Virus record (IMG/VR): IMGVR_UViG_3300015050_000679
Location: 1-44,005 of that record
DNA from: a virus
Taxonomy: Duplodnaviria > Caudoviricetes
DNA: 44,005 nt
Reading direction: 5' to 3' (one strand)
Part shown: piece after piece, positions 27,565 to 36,159 of the stretch
How positions within the stretch are numbered: position 1 is the stretch's first letter
Layout: each line of letters begins with the position of its first letter
Made by a program: the position numbers and the translations under genes
Notes under the pieces: model-generated
What the model was told of the DNA's origin: nothing
Databases searched by the model: none
Seen by the model: only the letters and a program-made list of their open reading frames with translations

Positions 27565-27743
27565 AGCGCGAAGCGATGGCGGGCATACTGGACGACTTCA
27601 TCGTTCACATCAACAAGATTCACGCGGCGCAGCAAGCGGAAACGGCTGAAAAGCTGCGCAAGGCCGAGCGCTGCTTGTACGGGACGCTGGCACTGGCCGC
27701 GTGTTCGCTGGTGGCTACGGGGATTATGGCGGTGACACGATGA
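27561..27743 (+). CDS. Small membrane protein
   Basis: C-terminal hydrophobic helix; coupled. Confidence 0.55.
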   Translation: MKREAMAGILDDFIVHINKIHAAQQAETAEKLRKAERCLYGTLALAACSLVATGIMAVTR

Positions 27744-27883
27744 ACCCCCTTCTCCTCCTCATCGCAGCCCGCGCTGCCAGTGGTGCTTGGCACTCTCGGT
27801 TCATGTCGTTCCTCATCACGGCTGCGCTCTACGCTTTCGTGTTGTCGCTAGGCAGGTTGGCATGGCTGGTGGTGACGGCATGA
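27740..27883 (+). CDS. Small membrane protein
   Basis: Hydrophobic; ATGA coupling. Confidence 0.5.
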   Translation: MNPLLLLIAARAASGAWHSRFMSFLITAALYAFVLSLGRLAWLVVTA

Positions 27884-27987
27884 GCCATCAAAACGAAGAC
27901 GAGACGCCGGAGCTGTACGTTCTCGCGCTGTGGTTGTTCGCAGCGCTGGCTGTGGCCGGGTATTTATTTGAGGTGATCTATGGATAG
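27880..27987 (+). CDS. Small membrane protein
   Basis: Single hydrophobic helix; ATGA coupling. Confidence 0.5.
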   Translation: MSHQNEDETPELYVLALWLFAALAVAGYLFEVIYG

Positions 27988-28186
27988 GCAACGTGACCCC
28001 AGGAAAGACCCGAGGCCGGGGGATGTAACGAGGGATCGCGATGGCGTTGCGCTGGTTGTACGAGTCACGCCAGAGGAGGTGTATTGGGCGGTACAGGACC
28101 AACTGAGCGACGAACTGCGCAGCCTGGACACGGGCCTGTGGATAAGCCTGTCTCAAACGGACGAGGTGTTACATGTCGCCGAATAG
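27980..28186 (+). CDS. Hypothetical phage protein
   Basis: RDPRKDPRPGD start; GAGG RBS. Confidence 0.6.
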   Translation: MDRQRDPRKDPRPGDVTRDRDGVALVVRVTPEEVYWAVQDQLSDELRSLDTGLWISLSQTDEVLHVAE

Positions 28187-29216
28187 CTACACCAACGCCA
28201 CGCGGTTCGACGGACTGGAATCGCACCAGCCGCAAGTCTCGCAAGATCCGTCGCAACGGCGGCATTTCATCGGCGGCACGGATATTCAACACGTGCTAGG
28301 GCTTGAGCCCTACGGCTGCGCGCGGCGGCTGTGGTACCAGAAGACCGGCGTTGAACCTGACCGCGCCTTCCAGATGTCCGGGCCGATTGTCGCCGGCAAA
28401 CTCATGGAGGACGGCGTTGCCGAAATGGTGAAGGAACTGCGACCGGAGTGGAAGATTCGGCGCAAGAAGGCCAGCGCCAACGGGCACGAACTCCAGCGCG
28501 TTGACCGCGCCATCGTCGGGCAGGAACGCGGGCCGGGTGTGCTCGAAATCAAGACCGTATCCGACCGCGCCTACTGGTCATGGAAGCGCGACGGCGTGCC
28601 GATGGGGTATCTCATGCAGGTGCAGTGGTATATGCACGTTCTTGAGTGGACCTGGGCCTGCATCGCGGCGTTGAACCGGGACACCGGGCAGCTCGACCTA
28701 TACGAGATCGACGCGCGGCCGGAGCTGATGGCGGCCGTGGCGGAAAAGGTCGATTGGTTCATGACGCACCACGTCGATCAGCGCGTTCCGCCCGCTTGGC
28801 TGGAGGAGCGCGACGGGCGCTGCGAATCGTGCCAGTGGGAGCCGACGTGCCAAATGGACGAATGGTCAGCGGTGAGCGACCAGGGGTTGGTCCAGATCGA
28901 AGGGCTGGCGCCGCTGGTGGCAGAGTACCAGCGGGCAAAGGATCTCATCAAGCGGGCGGAGAAAATGGCCGACGTTCTCCGCACGGGCGACGAAGCCGCG
29001 GAGGACGAAGCGCACCGGCTGGGGATTGACGCGCTAATGGGTGTCAATGAGCAGGCGCGGGCATCGGCCGACGAGCGGGTGTTGTTTCGGGTGGTGGAGA
29101 CTTCGCGGGTGGATACTGACGCGCTGAAGACGAAGTACCCGGACGTGTACGTGGACGTGTTGAAGCGGTCGGTAAGCCGGCCGTTGCGAATTTTCAAAAT
29201 CAAGGGAGCAAAGTAA
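28173..29216 (+). CDS. YqaJ-like viral recombinase / lambda-type exonuclease
   Basis: R--FIGGTD---VLG--PY, LW-QKTG, G--ME, VDR, LEIKT, Y--QVQWYM. Confidence 0.9.
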   Translation: MSPNSYTNATRFDGLESHQPQVSQDPSQRRHFIGGTDIQHVLGLEPYGCARRLWYQKTGVEPDRAFQMSGPIVAGKLMEDGVAEMVKELRPEWKIRRKKASANGHELQRVDRAIVGQERGPGVLEIKTVSDRAYWSWKRDGVPMGYLMQVQWYMHVLEWTWACIAALNRDTGQLDLYEIDARPELMAAVAEKVDWFMTHHVDQRVPPAWLEERDGRCESCQWEPTCQMDEWSAVSDQGLVQIEGLAPLVAEYQRAKDLIKRAEKMADVLRTGDEAAEDEAHRLGIDALMGVNEQARASADERVLFRVVETSRVDTDALKTKYPDVYVDVLKRSVSRPLRIFKIKGAK

Positions 29217-29894
29217 ATGAGTACGCAGCAAGTGACGCCGGAACAAGCACCGGCACAGACGATGGGGCAGAAGTCGGTCCTGGACGATATCATCGAGAAT
29301 CAGGCGGCGCGGGCGCAAGCCGAGGGCGCGAAAGCGGACCAGTTGACGGCGAAGATTTACGCCAACGACCCGAACGCCTACGCGATTGCCATGGGCCGCG
29401 ACTTGGGCCTGAACGCGGCGCTGGCGCTGCAAAACATTCACATCATCGGCGGAAAGCCTGCGCTCGGGGCCGGGGCTCGGGCGATGTTTTTGGCGCAGGC
29501 CGGCTACTCCTGGCGCCCGGTGGTCCACACGGACAAGGCGTGCACACTGCGCTTCTATTTCCGTGGCGATGGCATGACGGACGTCGACGGGAAGCCACTT
29601 GACGTGACGATCACGATGGAAGACGCGGAGCGGGCCGGTTGGGTGGAAAACTCGCGCGGCGGGAATGGGAAGAAAGGCAACTACGACAAGATCCCCAAAA
29701 ACATGCTCTTCTCCCGCGTCATTTCCAACTTTCATCGCTGGTACGCGCCGCACGTGGTCGGCGCGCAGGTCTACGACGTTGGAGAGGTCACTATGGATAG
29801 CGTCATTGCAGCGACGGAAAGCAAGTCGGCCAGCAAGCTCGACGAGCTGGAAGCCGACCTGAAGACGGTGACGGTGGGGGTGGCGAATGTTTGA
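29217..29894 (+). CDS. Putative single-strand annealing protein (RecT/Beta-like partner)
   Basis: G-DLGL----AL-NIH-I-GKP, T-EDA-RAG, NY-K-PKNML--R; downstream of the exonuclease. Confidence 0.7.
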   Translation: MSTQQVTPEQAPAQTMGQKSVLDDIIENQAARAQAEGAKADQLTAKIYANDPNAYAIAMGRDLGLNAALALQNIHIIGGKPALGAGARAMFLAQAGYSWRPVVHTDKACTLRFYFRGDGMTDVDGKPLDVTITMEDAERAGWVENSRGGNGKKGNYDKIPKNMLFSRVISNFHRWYAPHVVGAQVYDVGEVTMDSVIAATESKSASKLDELEADLKTVTVGVANV

Positions 29895-30360
29895 GCATGA
29901 CCAGTGGTACACCGGCACGATTACCGGCGTCGAGTACATCAAGAGCCCGACCAAGGGCACGCCGGGACTCCAGATCAGCGTAGACGTGTCCGACCGTGGC
30001 ATCATCCAGGGCGTGTGGTGGCTGACGAACGCAATGGTGAGCGCTCCAGGCGACAAGGCGCGCAAGGTTCCGCAGTGGGAGGCCGCGCAGATGCGCTGCA
30101 AGGCGTTCGGATGTACGCAGGAAGGGTTGGTTCATCCGCAAACATGGCTGGACCACATCAACAACACGCTGGCGGGCCAACAGGCGTCGGTGCTCGCTGA
30201 AGTCAATAGCTATGGCGATGTATCGGCGTCCATGATCGGCAAGCCGAAGTCTGGCGGCGCGAGCAAGTTTGTGGCGGTCGAAGGGGCAGCGTCACCGTTC
30301 GCGCCGCGGCCAGCGGCGTCGGACCCGTTTGCGGTGGGAGACGACGACCTGCCCTTCTGA
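29887..30360 (+). CDS. Putative single-stranded DNA-binding protein
   Basis: Acidic DDDLPF tail; KGTPGL; after the recombination genes. Confidence 0.65.
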   Translation: MFEHDQWYTGTITGVEYIKSPTKGTPGLQISVDVSDRGIIQGVWWLTNAMVSAPGDKARKVPQWEAAQMRCKAFGCTQEGLVHPQTWLDHINNTLAGQQASVLAEVNSYGDVSASMIGKPKSGGASKFVAVEGAASPFAPRPAASDPFAVGDDDLPF

Positions 30361-30551
30361 CCCCGTGGGCAACCGCCCGCGGCCTGCCGACCACGTTGAA
30401 TCACGGACCTGGGGAGGTACCGCCAGCGAATCGGCAGACCGGGCGCGGCGCGCTCTACTAGCGGCAGATGCGGCCGTAACCAAGCATCATCAGTCCTCGG
30501 ATATGGCCGGCGGCGTTCTGATTACTCGCCGCCGGTTCAGAAAAGGAGCCA

Positions 30552-30794
30552 ATGCCACGCAAAGCCAGTTGTACCTGTGAAACCTGCCGCCTATGCAAAC
30601 AGCGCGAGTGCCAGCGTGTCAAGCGGCTGCGCGAAATAGTCACGGAAACGATTTGGCCGCAAGACCAATGGGGCCGAGAAGCGCAGGCAGAGGCGGAGAG
30701 AATGTTGGAATATGCCTGCGCGTTATCCAACGCTGGAGCGGCCCGATGGGCAATCGAAACAAGAAGCCGAGCGCGACGCGCGGCGGCGGAATAG
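30552..30794 (+). CDS. Cys-rich hypothetical protein
   Basis: AAGGAG RBS; CTCETCRLC. Confidence 0.6.
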   Translation: MPRKASCTCETCRLCKQRECQRVKRLREIVTETIWPQDQWGREAQAEAERMLEYACALSNAGAARWAIETRSRARRAAAE

Positions 30795-30803
30795 GAGAGG
30801 GAA

Positions 30804-30992
30804 ATGGAAATAGCACTGATTGGGAGCGTATTACTGGGCGGCGGCGCCTACCTTCGCTGGAAGCCCACGCGGGCGGGAATCTGGTACGCGCTGGCTGCAT
30901 GGTCGGAGGCGAACGGCGACGCAGCGGTGCTGCGGACGCAACGAAAGCGCGAGTATGGCGCACAGGCGCGGCAGAGAGCGGAGGTGGTGTGA
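30804..30992 (+). CDS. Hypothetical protein
   Basis: GGAGAGG RBS. Confidence 0.55.
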   Translation: MEIALIGSVLLGGGAYLRWKPTRAGIWYALAAWSEANGDAAVLRTQRKREYGAQARQRAEVV

Positions 30993-31303
30993 TGGAGCGA
31001 ACACTGGGCGCTATCGCCTACGATGCCTACGATACGTCACTACCTTTTGACGTGTCATGGCAAGCCGTAGCCGACGCGGTGATTGCGGAGTACGAGGCGC
31101 GGCGGTGGAAGGCGATTGAGAGCGCGCCGAAGGACCGATACATTCTGGCTTACTCACCGGAGCGCAAGATGTCGTTTCAGGTGATCTGGAGCGAACACTA
31201 CAGCGAATGGACGCTGAATGGCGGGAACTATGTGGCGACGATGGAGTTCACGTTGTGGACCCCCATCCCCGCGCCGCCGAAGGAGGCCAGCGATGCCGAG
31301 TAA
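30992..31303 (+). CDS. DUF551-like phage protein
   Basis: W--IESAPKD--IL ... W-P-P-PP. Confidence 0.7.
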   Translation: MERTLGAIAYDAYDTSLPFDVSWQAVADAVIAEYEARRWKAIESAPKDRYILAYSPERKMSFQVIWSEHYSEWTLNGGNYVATMEFTLWTPIPAPPKEASDAE

Positions 31304-31784
31304 CGAGCGGAGCGCGGAGTGGCTGCGGGGCGCGGTTCATGTGGCGGTGGATTGCGAGGAGCCAGTAGCCGTGGCCTACTACACTAAGCTCCTCGCCGAA
31401 GCCGAAGCCCGCGAGGCTGGCGATAATAGTGCAGAAATCTCGGCTGACCGGGCGTGGATCGACGGCGCGAAGTTCGGCTGGAACTGCGAGACGAAAACTG
31501 AGCTTCACGAGGCTGTCGCCAATCGGCAACAACAGATCCGCGAGGCTAACTTGAAGTGCCCGCGATGTGAAAGCCCGGACCCGGCGTTACATCCGGCGAT
31601 GCAGTTCGAGGGAGAAGTTCAGCCATGTCCTCACCCCTGGCACTCTCTAGAAGCCAGCGAGGTCAGCGTGCCCACGGCGGCGGAGGTGATCGCGGAGGCG
31701 GATAGGGCGCTTAAACGGGTGGTAGGACTCGACTACATGGGCGATCCAGAAGTTGCTATCCAATCTTCCCAAACCTCAAGGTGA
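31293..31784 (+). CDS. Hypothetical protein, possibly frameshifted near the 3' end
   Basis: AAGGAGG RBS; CPRC; -1 frame continues to 31861. Confidence 0.55.
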   Translation: MPSNERSAEWLRGAVHVAVDCEEPVAVAYYTKLLAEAEAREAGDNSAEISADRAWIDGAKFGWNCETKTELHEAVANRQQQIREANLKCPRCESPDPALHPAMQFEGEVQPCPHPWHSLEASEVSVPTAAEVIAEADRALKRVVGLDYMGDPEVAIQSSQTSR

Positions 31785-31853
31785 CGCCGATGCAAGCGGC
31801 TGAAGAATTGTACGAACTGCGGGCGGTGATCGCCAAATGGAAAGAGGCCCAGC

Positions 31854-32054
31854 GTGGATAAATGCACATGCGTGCCATGCGCCGATTGTAAAGGGCAGGG
31901 CTATTACTGGGTAGATCCGGCTGGCCGTTACATTGGCCCCAATCGCTGCGACGACATGGCGGATTCCGAGCATTGCGATGCTTGCGGTGGTTCCGGCGTG
32001 ATCGAGGAGTGCTCGAAATGCGAACAGGAGAGATACGATGAAATCGACAGTTAA
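31854..32054 (+). CDS. DnaJ-type zinc-finger small protein
   Basis: CADCKGQG, CDACGGSG. Confidence 0.6.
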   Translation: MDKCTCVPCADCKGQGYYWVDPAGRYIGPNRCDDMADSEHCDACGGSGVIEECSKCEQERYDEIDS

Positions 32055-32550
32055 ACCAGACTTGGACGAACTGGCGCGGCTGCACGCGGCGGCAACTCCG
32101 GGAGATATGTCGGTTGACCGCTACCACACGCTGCTGGACAAGGACGGCAAGCACGTACTGTTCACCGGCATTCAAACGCCGATGACATCTGGAGAGCGGC
32201 AAGACCAAGCCAGGGCTAACATGGCGGAATACGCCGCCCTGCACAACGCCTTCCCCGGCCTCCTCGCGCGGCTGGAGGCTGCCGAGCGGGAGCGGGACAC
32301 GGCTACCGACGACGAGGCCGGACATTGGATCGGTATTATTCGCAGTCTCGACCCGGAAAACCTGTGCGACGTGTTCGACGGGCTTGGATTCGAGGAGAAT
32401 CTGCGTCAGTGGCTCGCCGCGCGAGACGCCCAGCAGCGGCGCGAGGGGGCGGCAGAGTGGCTGGAGAAGGCAGCGCGAGAGGGCGGGTATTACGAGCGGT
32501 CGAGCGAGGGCATGTTGGAAGAAGCGAAGCAGTTGAGGGAGGGTAAGTAG
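32038..32550 (+). CDS. Ead/Ea22-like phage protein
   Basis: LDEL--L--AATPG, AN---AA-HN--P-LL--LE-AE. Confidence 0.6.
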   Translation: MKSTVKPDLDELARLHAAATPGDMSVDRYHTLLDKDGKHVLFTGIQTPMTSGERQDQARANMAEYAALHNAFPGLLARLEAAERERDTATDDEAGHWIGIIRSLDPENLCDVFDGLGFEENLRQWLAARDAQQRREGAAEWLEKAAREGGYYERSSEGMLEEAKQLREGK

Positions 32551-32805
32551 ATGGGACGCATTGAAGACTTAGGCTTGGTTGTCGATAAGGGATTGGAATG
32601 GAAGGCTAAGTACGAGGCTGCGAAAGAAGAACTCCTGAAGTGCGTGCAGTGGCAGCACGAACTCAGGCAGCAACGCGCTGTAGTCGCCAATCAAAACCGC
32701 ATCCATTTAACGTACTTGCTCGAATGCCACCGTAAGGGCGGTATCACGCCGCTGTTTTTGGCGCTTGAGGAGTACGTGCAGAAATTGCAAGGAGAGACAA
32801 AATGA
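32551..32805 (+). CDS. Hypothetical protein
   Basis: GGAGG RBS. Confidence 0.6.
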   Translation: MGRIEDLGLVVDKGLEWKAKYEAAKEELLKCVQWQHELRQQRAVVANQNRIHLTYLLECHRKGGITPLFLALEEYVQKLQGETK

Positions 32806-33005
32806 AAACCAACTACGCGGCCATGGCTTATCTTTCTTACCGGCAACACACCGGAGGCGTATCACTCGCCACCGGGCAAGCTCTACCGGAGTGGCATGAA
32901 TTACGAGAGGACATCCAGAACGCTTGGCATGCGGCTGCGGCGGCGGTCGAGACGCAGGTATTGATCGACGTGGAAGCGCGGCGGATTGCGCGGGAGGTGT
33001 CGTAA
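32802..33005 (+). CDS. Hypothetical phage protein
   Basis: AY--Y---TGG-SL-TG--LP-W--L---IQ-AW-AAA. Confidence 0.65.
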   Translation: MKTNYAAMAYLSYRQHTGGVSLATGQALPEWHELREDIQNAWHAAAAAVETQVLIDVEARRIAREVS

Positions 33006-33508
33006 TGGCAACTGAACAAGATCACGTATGGGCGATGCTCGATGACATGCTCGTGTTCTTATCTAAACGACATGTGCCGACGCCAGAGCGGACATACAAG
33101 CTGGACGGGGGTTGGACTCTGGCGATGGACGATCTGAGGCGCTTTGTGGACGCCCTCACCACCGAGCGCGACCAACTCCGCGCCGAGAACGAGCGGCTGC
33201 GGGGTCTCCTATGCGCCGAATGCGGCGGAACCGGCGAAATTGACTCCGGTATTTGCTTCTGTGGCGACGACTACAACAGCCACACGGTAGGCCACGGCCA
33301 CGCGCCCGTAGACTGCCCGCAGCAATGTGGTACATGCGCCAAAAAAGAGCGGATGATCGAGCTTCGCGGAGCATACCAAGAACTACAGCGAATCGTGGGT
33401 GAAGATTGCGGAATTGTGTTCGGAGGAGACTTGCCACATGTTTGCCGCGAGACTCTGGAGGATCGAATCCTTGAATTACAGCAGGAGGAAGGGACGATAT
33501 GGGCCTAG
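33005..33508 (+). CDS. Hypothetical zinc-finger/coiled-coil protein
   Basis: GGAGG RBS; CAECGGTG. Confidence 0.6.
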   Translation: MATEQDHVWAMLDDMLVFLSKRHVPTPERTYKLDGGWTLAMDDLRRFVDALTTERDQLRAENERLRGLLCAECGGTGEIDSGICFCGDDYNSHTVGHGHAPVDCPQQCGTCAKKERMIELRGAYQELQRIVGEDCGIVFGGDLPHVCRETLEDRILELQQEEGTIWA

Positions 33509-34266
33509 GAGATTTCACGAATCAATCGGAAGAAGAATTGTATTGGGATAGAAACAGTGAATTGCAGCGTATTATCCGCGAACTTCGCGACCAGCTAGTG
33601 GACGCTAACAAAAGCCTCGCCAGCGCCGAAGAAGTGATCGAATCCATCTCTGAACTATTTCCTGATAACGCCTGCCACAAACATCCTGAAACCGGAGTGA
33701 GTTTACTGGACGACGTGATCGATGTGATTACTAAGTACAGCGACTTGGACGGCGAGTGTTATAACCTTCACATTCAATTCAAAGCCGCCACCGCCCGCGC
33801 CGAAGCCGCCGAGAAAGCCCTTGCAGTTTGGGAGGAGTGGTTCGGTTGCGAAAACCCGCATGATACCGAGGTGGCAAAATACACGAGCCTTGGCAAAGAG
33901 CAGGCTCGGGCAAACGTAGCAGAGAACCGCGCCGAAGCCGCCGAGCGGGAGCGCGACGAGGCCAGGGCGCACGCCGCCGACCTTCGCGGGGCGATGGAGG
34001 AGGCGCGGCAGATCAAGAATTGGGATCGGCTTGACGCCACCATAGACGCCGCCCTCGCCCGCACCGCACCGCAGTCGCTGGAGAAGCTGAAGGCGGGGGC
34101 GTTGCGGGAGGCGGCGAATAAGTACGAAGCCGCCCACATAGAACACGGCAATTATCCGCCGGGTGAAGATTACGACGGAGGGTTTCACGACGGGCAGTAT
34201 GCGGCTGTTAACTGGCTGATGGGAGAGGTAGCGAGACTGAGGAAGGAGGCCACCGATGGACGCTAA
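33499..34266 (+). CDS. Coiled-coil hypothetical protein
   Basis: RAEAAE repeats; GGAGG RBS. Confidence 0.6.
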   Translation: MGLGDFTNQSEEELYWDRNSELQRIIRELRDQLVDANKSLASAEEVIESISELFPDNACHKHPETGVSLLDDVIDVITKYSDLDGECYNLHIQFKAATARAEAAEKALAVWEEWFGCENPHDTEVAKYTSLGKEQARANVAENRAEAAERERDEARAHAADLRGAMEEARQIKNWDRLDATIDAALARTAPQSLEKLKAGALREAANKYEAAHIEHGNYPPGEDYDGGFHDGQYAAVNWLMGEVARLRKEATDGR

Positions 34267-34528
34267 GCGGCTGGAGGAGTTGGCGGAGTGGGCTGGTTCG
34301 GTCGCCCGCCAGCACAGTGAATTAAATCAGGGGAAACTGGAGCATATCTACGCCGACCTCGCCCGCTGCGCGAAGGCGTGGGCGAAGGTGGAGCGGTTAC
34401 GCATGACGGTTGACGCAATGGAAGGCGGCTACTGGCGGGTGTGGTGGCATAGTGGCGCACAGGAAGCCGCCACCGCCATCGCCGCCGTCGAAGCCGCGCC
34501 GGAGGTGCTCGATGCGAACAAAGGCTGA
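34256..34528 (+). CDS. Hypothetical protein
   Basis: AAGGAGG RBS. Confidence 0.6.
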   Translation: MDAKRLEELAEWAGSVARQHSELNQGKLEHIYADLARCAKAWAKVERLRMTVDAMEGGYWRVWWHSGAQEAATAIAAVEAAPEVLDANKG

Positions 34529-34721
34529 TGCGCTGGCGAAGCCGATGGCTGGGGATCGGTGGCTCTTGCCGATGAACCACGTCCGAGAACTGGAGCAGGT
34601 GAACGCGGAGTGGATCAAATTCAAGACTACGCACAAGGGTAAGCGGTCGTCTCACTGGACGCGGCACGCCTCGTTTCGGAGTTGGGCGAGCGAATCGCCA
34701 TACCTGGGTGGTGCGGAGTGA
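34512..34721 (+). CDS. Hypothetical protein
   Basis: GGAGG RBS, ATG 34512. Confidence 0.55.
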   Translation: MRTKADALAKPMAGDRWLLPMNHVRELEQVNAEWIKFKTTHKGKRSSHWTRHASFRSWASESPYLGGAE

Positions 34722-34861
34722 TACCCCGCGTCCGCATGGCCCGCAAGCGGCGTGGGATCGCGCTGGCGCGGTGGCTATCAGCGGTGAGGCGGGGGAAACA
34801 GGTGCTGCAGGCGGGGCTTACCCTCCGCGCCATCGAGCGAAGAAAGGAGCGGATTGCATGA
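34718..34861 (+). CDS. Small basic protein, copy 1
   Basis: RVRMARKR-GIA ... RAIERRKER; paralog at 35190. Confidence 0.55.
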   Translation: MIPRVRMARKRRGIALARWLSAVRRGKQVLQAGLTLRAIERRKERIA

Positions 34862-35193
34862 CCTGGACAAGAGCGCACGACGCACACATTGCGCGGGAGT
34901 GCGAGGGGTTGGATGTGCGGCCAGCGGGAGATATTGGCGATTGGTGGGTGTGGTCGCTAGACCTCCCTAATCACCCGTGCAATCACTACCTCACCGACCC
35001 CGCCGCCTGCATCCGCGCGGCTGAGGCGTGGCGAAAGAAGGGTAAACTTCGCATCGTTCGGCTGTCGCTGCATAGCCGAGGGTGTTCTGCTAGGCTGTAC
35101 GACGGTCTGAATTGGATTAACGAAGGGCCGCACTCAGACCCCGCCGCCGCGCTCGCCCAAGCCCTGCTGAGAGCCACCGGCGGCCCGGAATGA
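34858..35193 (+). CDS. Phage ABA-sandwich-like protein, copy 1
   Basis: WTRAHDAHIARECEG, HY-TDPAA, ALA-ALLRA. Confidence 0.6.
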   Translation: MTWTRAHDAHIARECEGLDVRPAGDIGDWWVWSLDLPNHPCNHYLTDPAACIRAAEAWRKKGKLRIVRLSLHSRGCSARLYDGLNWINEGPHSDPAAALAQALLRATGGPE

Positions 35194-35333
35194 TCCACCG
35201 CATCCGAATGGCCCGCAAGCGGCTGGGGATTGCGCGGGAGCGGCTGTACCGGGCTATCAAAAGACGACGCAATTTAGTTGACGCAGTGCGTAGCTACCGC
35301 GCCATCGAGCGAAGAAAGGATCGGGTTACATAA
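35190..35333 (+). CDS. Small basic protein, copy 2
   Basis: RIRMARKR-GIA ... RAIERRKDR. Confidence 0.55.
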   Translation: MIHRIRMARKRLGIARERLYRAIKRRRNLVDAVRSYRAIERRKDRVT

Positions 35334-35650
35334 TGGGATGGTCAATCGGATACGACACAAGATGGGACCGCGACATTGGCTATGGGGTGCCGGCAATTTG
35401 CGATCACCCAAACTGCAATGAAGAGATCCACCGCGGGCTTGCGTATGTCTGCGGCGGTGAGCCATACGGCGGTGACGATGGGTGTGGGCTGTACTTTTGC
35501 GGGAAGCATCGCCGTGGAAAGTTCTGTGATCGATGTTTGAAAGGCAAAGACCCATTCGAGCCGAAGACGGACACTGAGGAATGGCTGAACCACAAAGCGA
35601 CTCATTCAAGTTGGGAAGAGTGGCGCAAAGAACAGGCAGGCAAGAAATGA
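35333..35650 (+). CDS. Cys-rich phage protein
   Basis: MGWSIG, RDIGYGVPA-CDHP-C, GCGLYFC--H. Confidence 0.7.
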   Translation: MGWSIGYDTRWDRDIGYGVPAICDHPNCNEEIHRGLAYVCGGEPYGGDDGCGLYFCGKHRRGKFCDRCLKGKDPFEPKTDTEEWLNHKATHSSWEEWRKEQAGKK

Positions 35651-35967
35651 AGACCATCACTTTAACTCGCGCCGAATCCGCCGCCTACACCAACGGCGAG
35701 CGGAGGTTCTGGCGGGCGATGCGACGCCCGGAGTATTTTGGGTGCTTGACGGGAGACTGTCCGCACGTATACCAGAGAGACTGCGACGAGAGTATCGCCG
35801 CGCTGTTGGTTCCAGACTGCCCCTACGGCAATCCCGGCGACCGCATTGACGTGTCGCGCTACTACCCCGTGCCGCCTTTCCGCCTGATAGAAAACCTACC
35901 CATTACCGCCATCACCGTCGAGCAGCGCAACGGGCGCTGGGGCTGGGTGCTGGAGGTGGGGGCGTGA
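35647..35967 (+). CDS. Hypothetical protein (ASCH/PUA-like)
   Basis: CPYG-PGDR, ITAITVE. Confidence 0.5.
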   Translation: MKTITLTRAESAAYTNGERRFWRAMRRPEYFGCLTGDCPHVYQRDCDESIAALLVPDCPYGNPGDRIDVSRYYPVPPFRLIENLPITAITVEQRNGRWGWVLEVGA

Positions 35968-36122
35968 CCCGGCCATCCCCGCAACTCGCGCGCATCGCCG
36001 AACTTGAGCGCGTCTACGCGGACGAGTACCCGACGGCGCCGCGGGCGGATCGGAAGCGCTGGGCCGTGGAAAGCGCGCAGTATGAAGCCGATGAGCGGGA
36101 CGCGATAAAGAACGAGCAGTAA
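35964..36122 (+). CDS. Small hypothetical protein
   Basis: GGAGG RBS, GTGA overlap; below cutoff. Confidence 0.5.
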   Translation: MTRPSPQLARIAELERVYADEYPTAPRADRKRWAVESAQYEADERDAIKNEQ

Positions 36123-36159
36123 CCCCGGTTTGCCGACGCGGGGGAAAAGAGGAGCAAAA

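Noticed and set aside
29034-30101. 355-aa minus-strand ORF and many similar antisense ORFs
   Set aside because: Shadows of well-supported plus-strand genes in GC-rich DNA; no motifs or RBS
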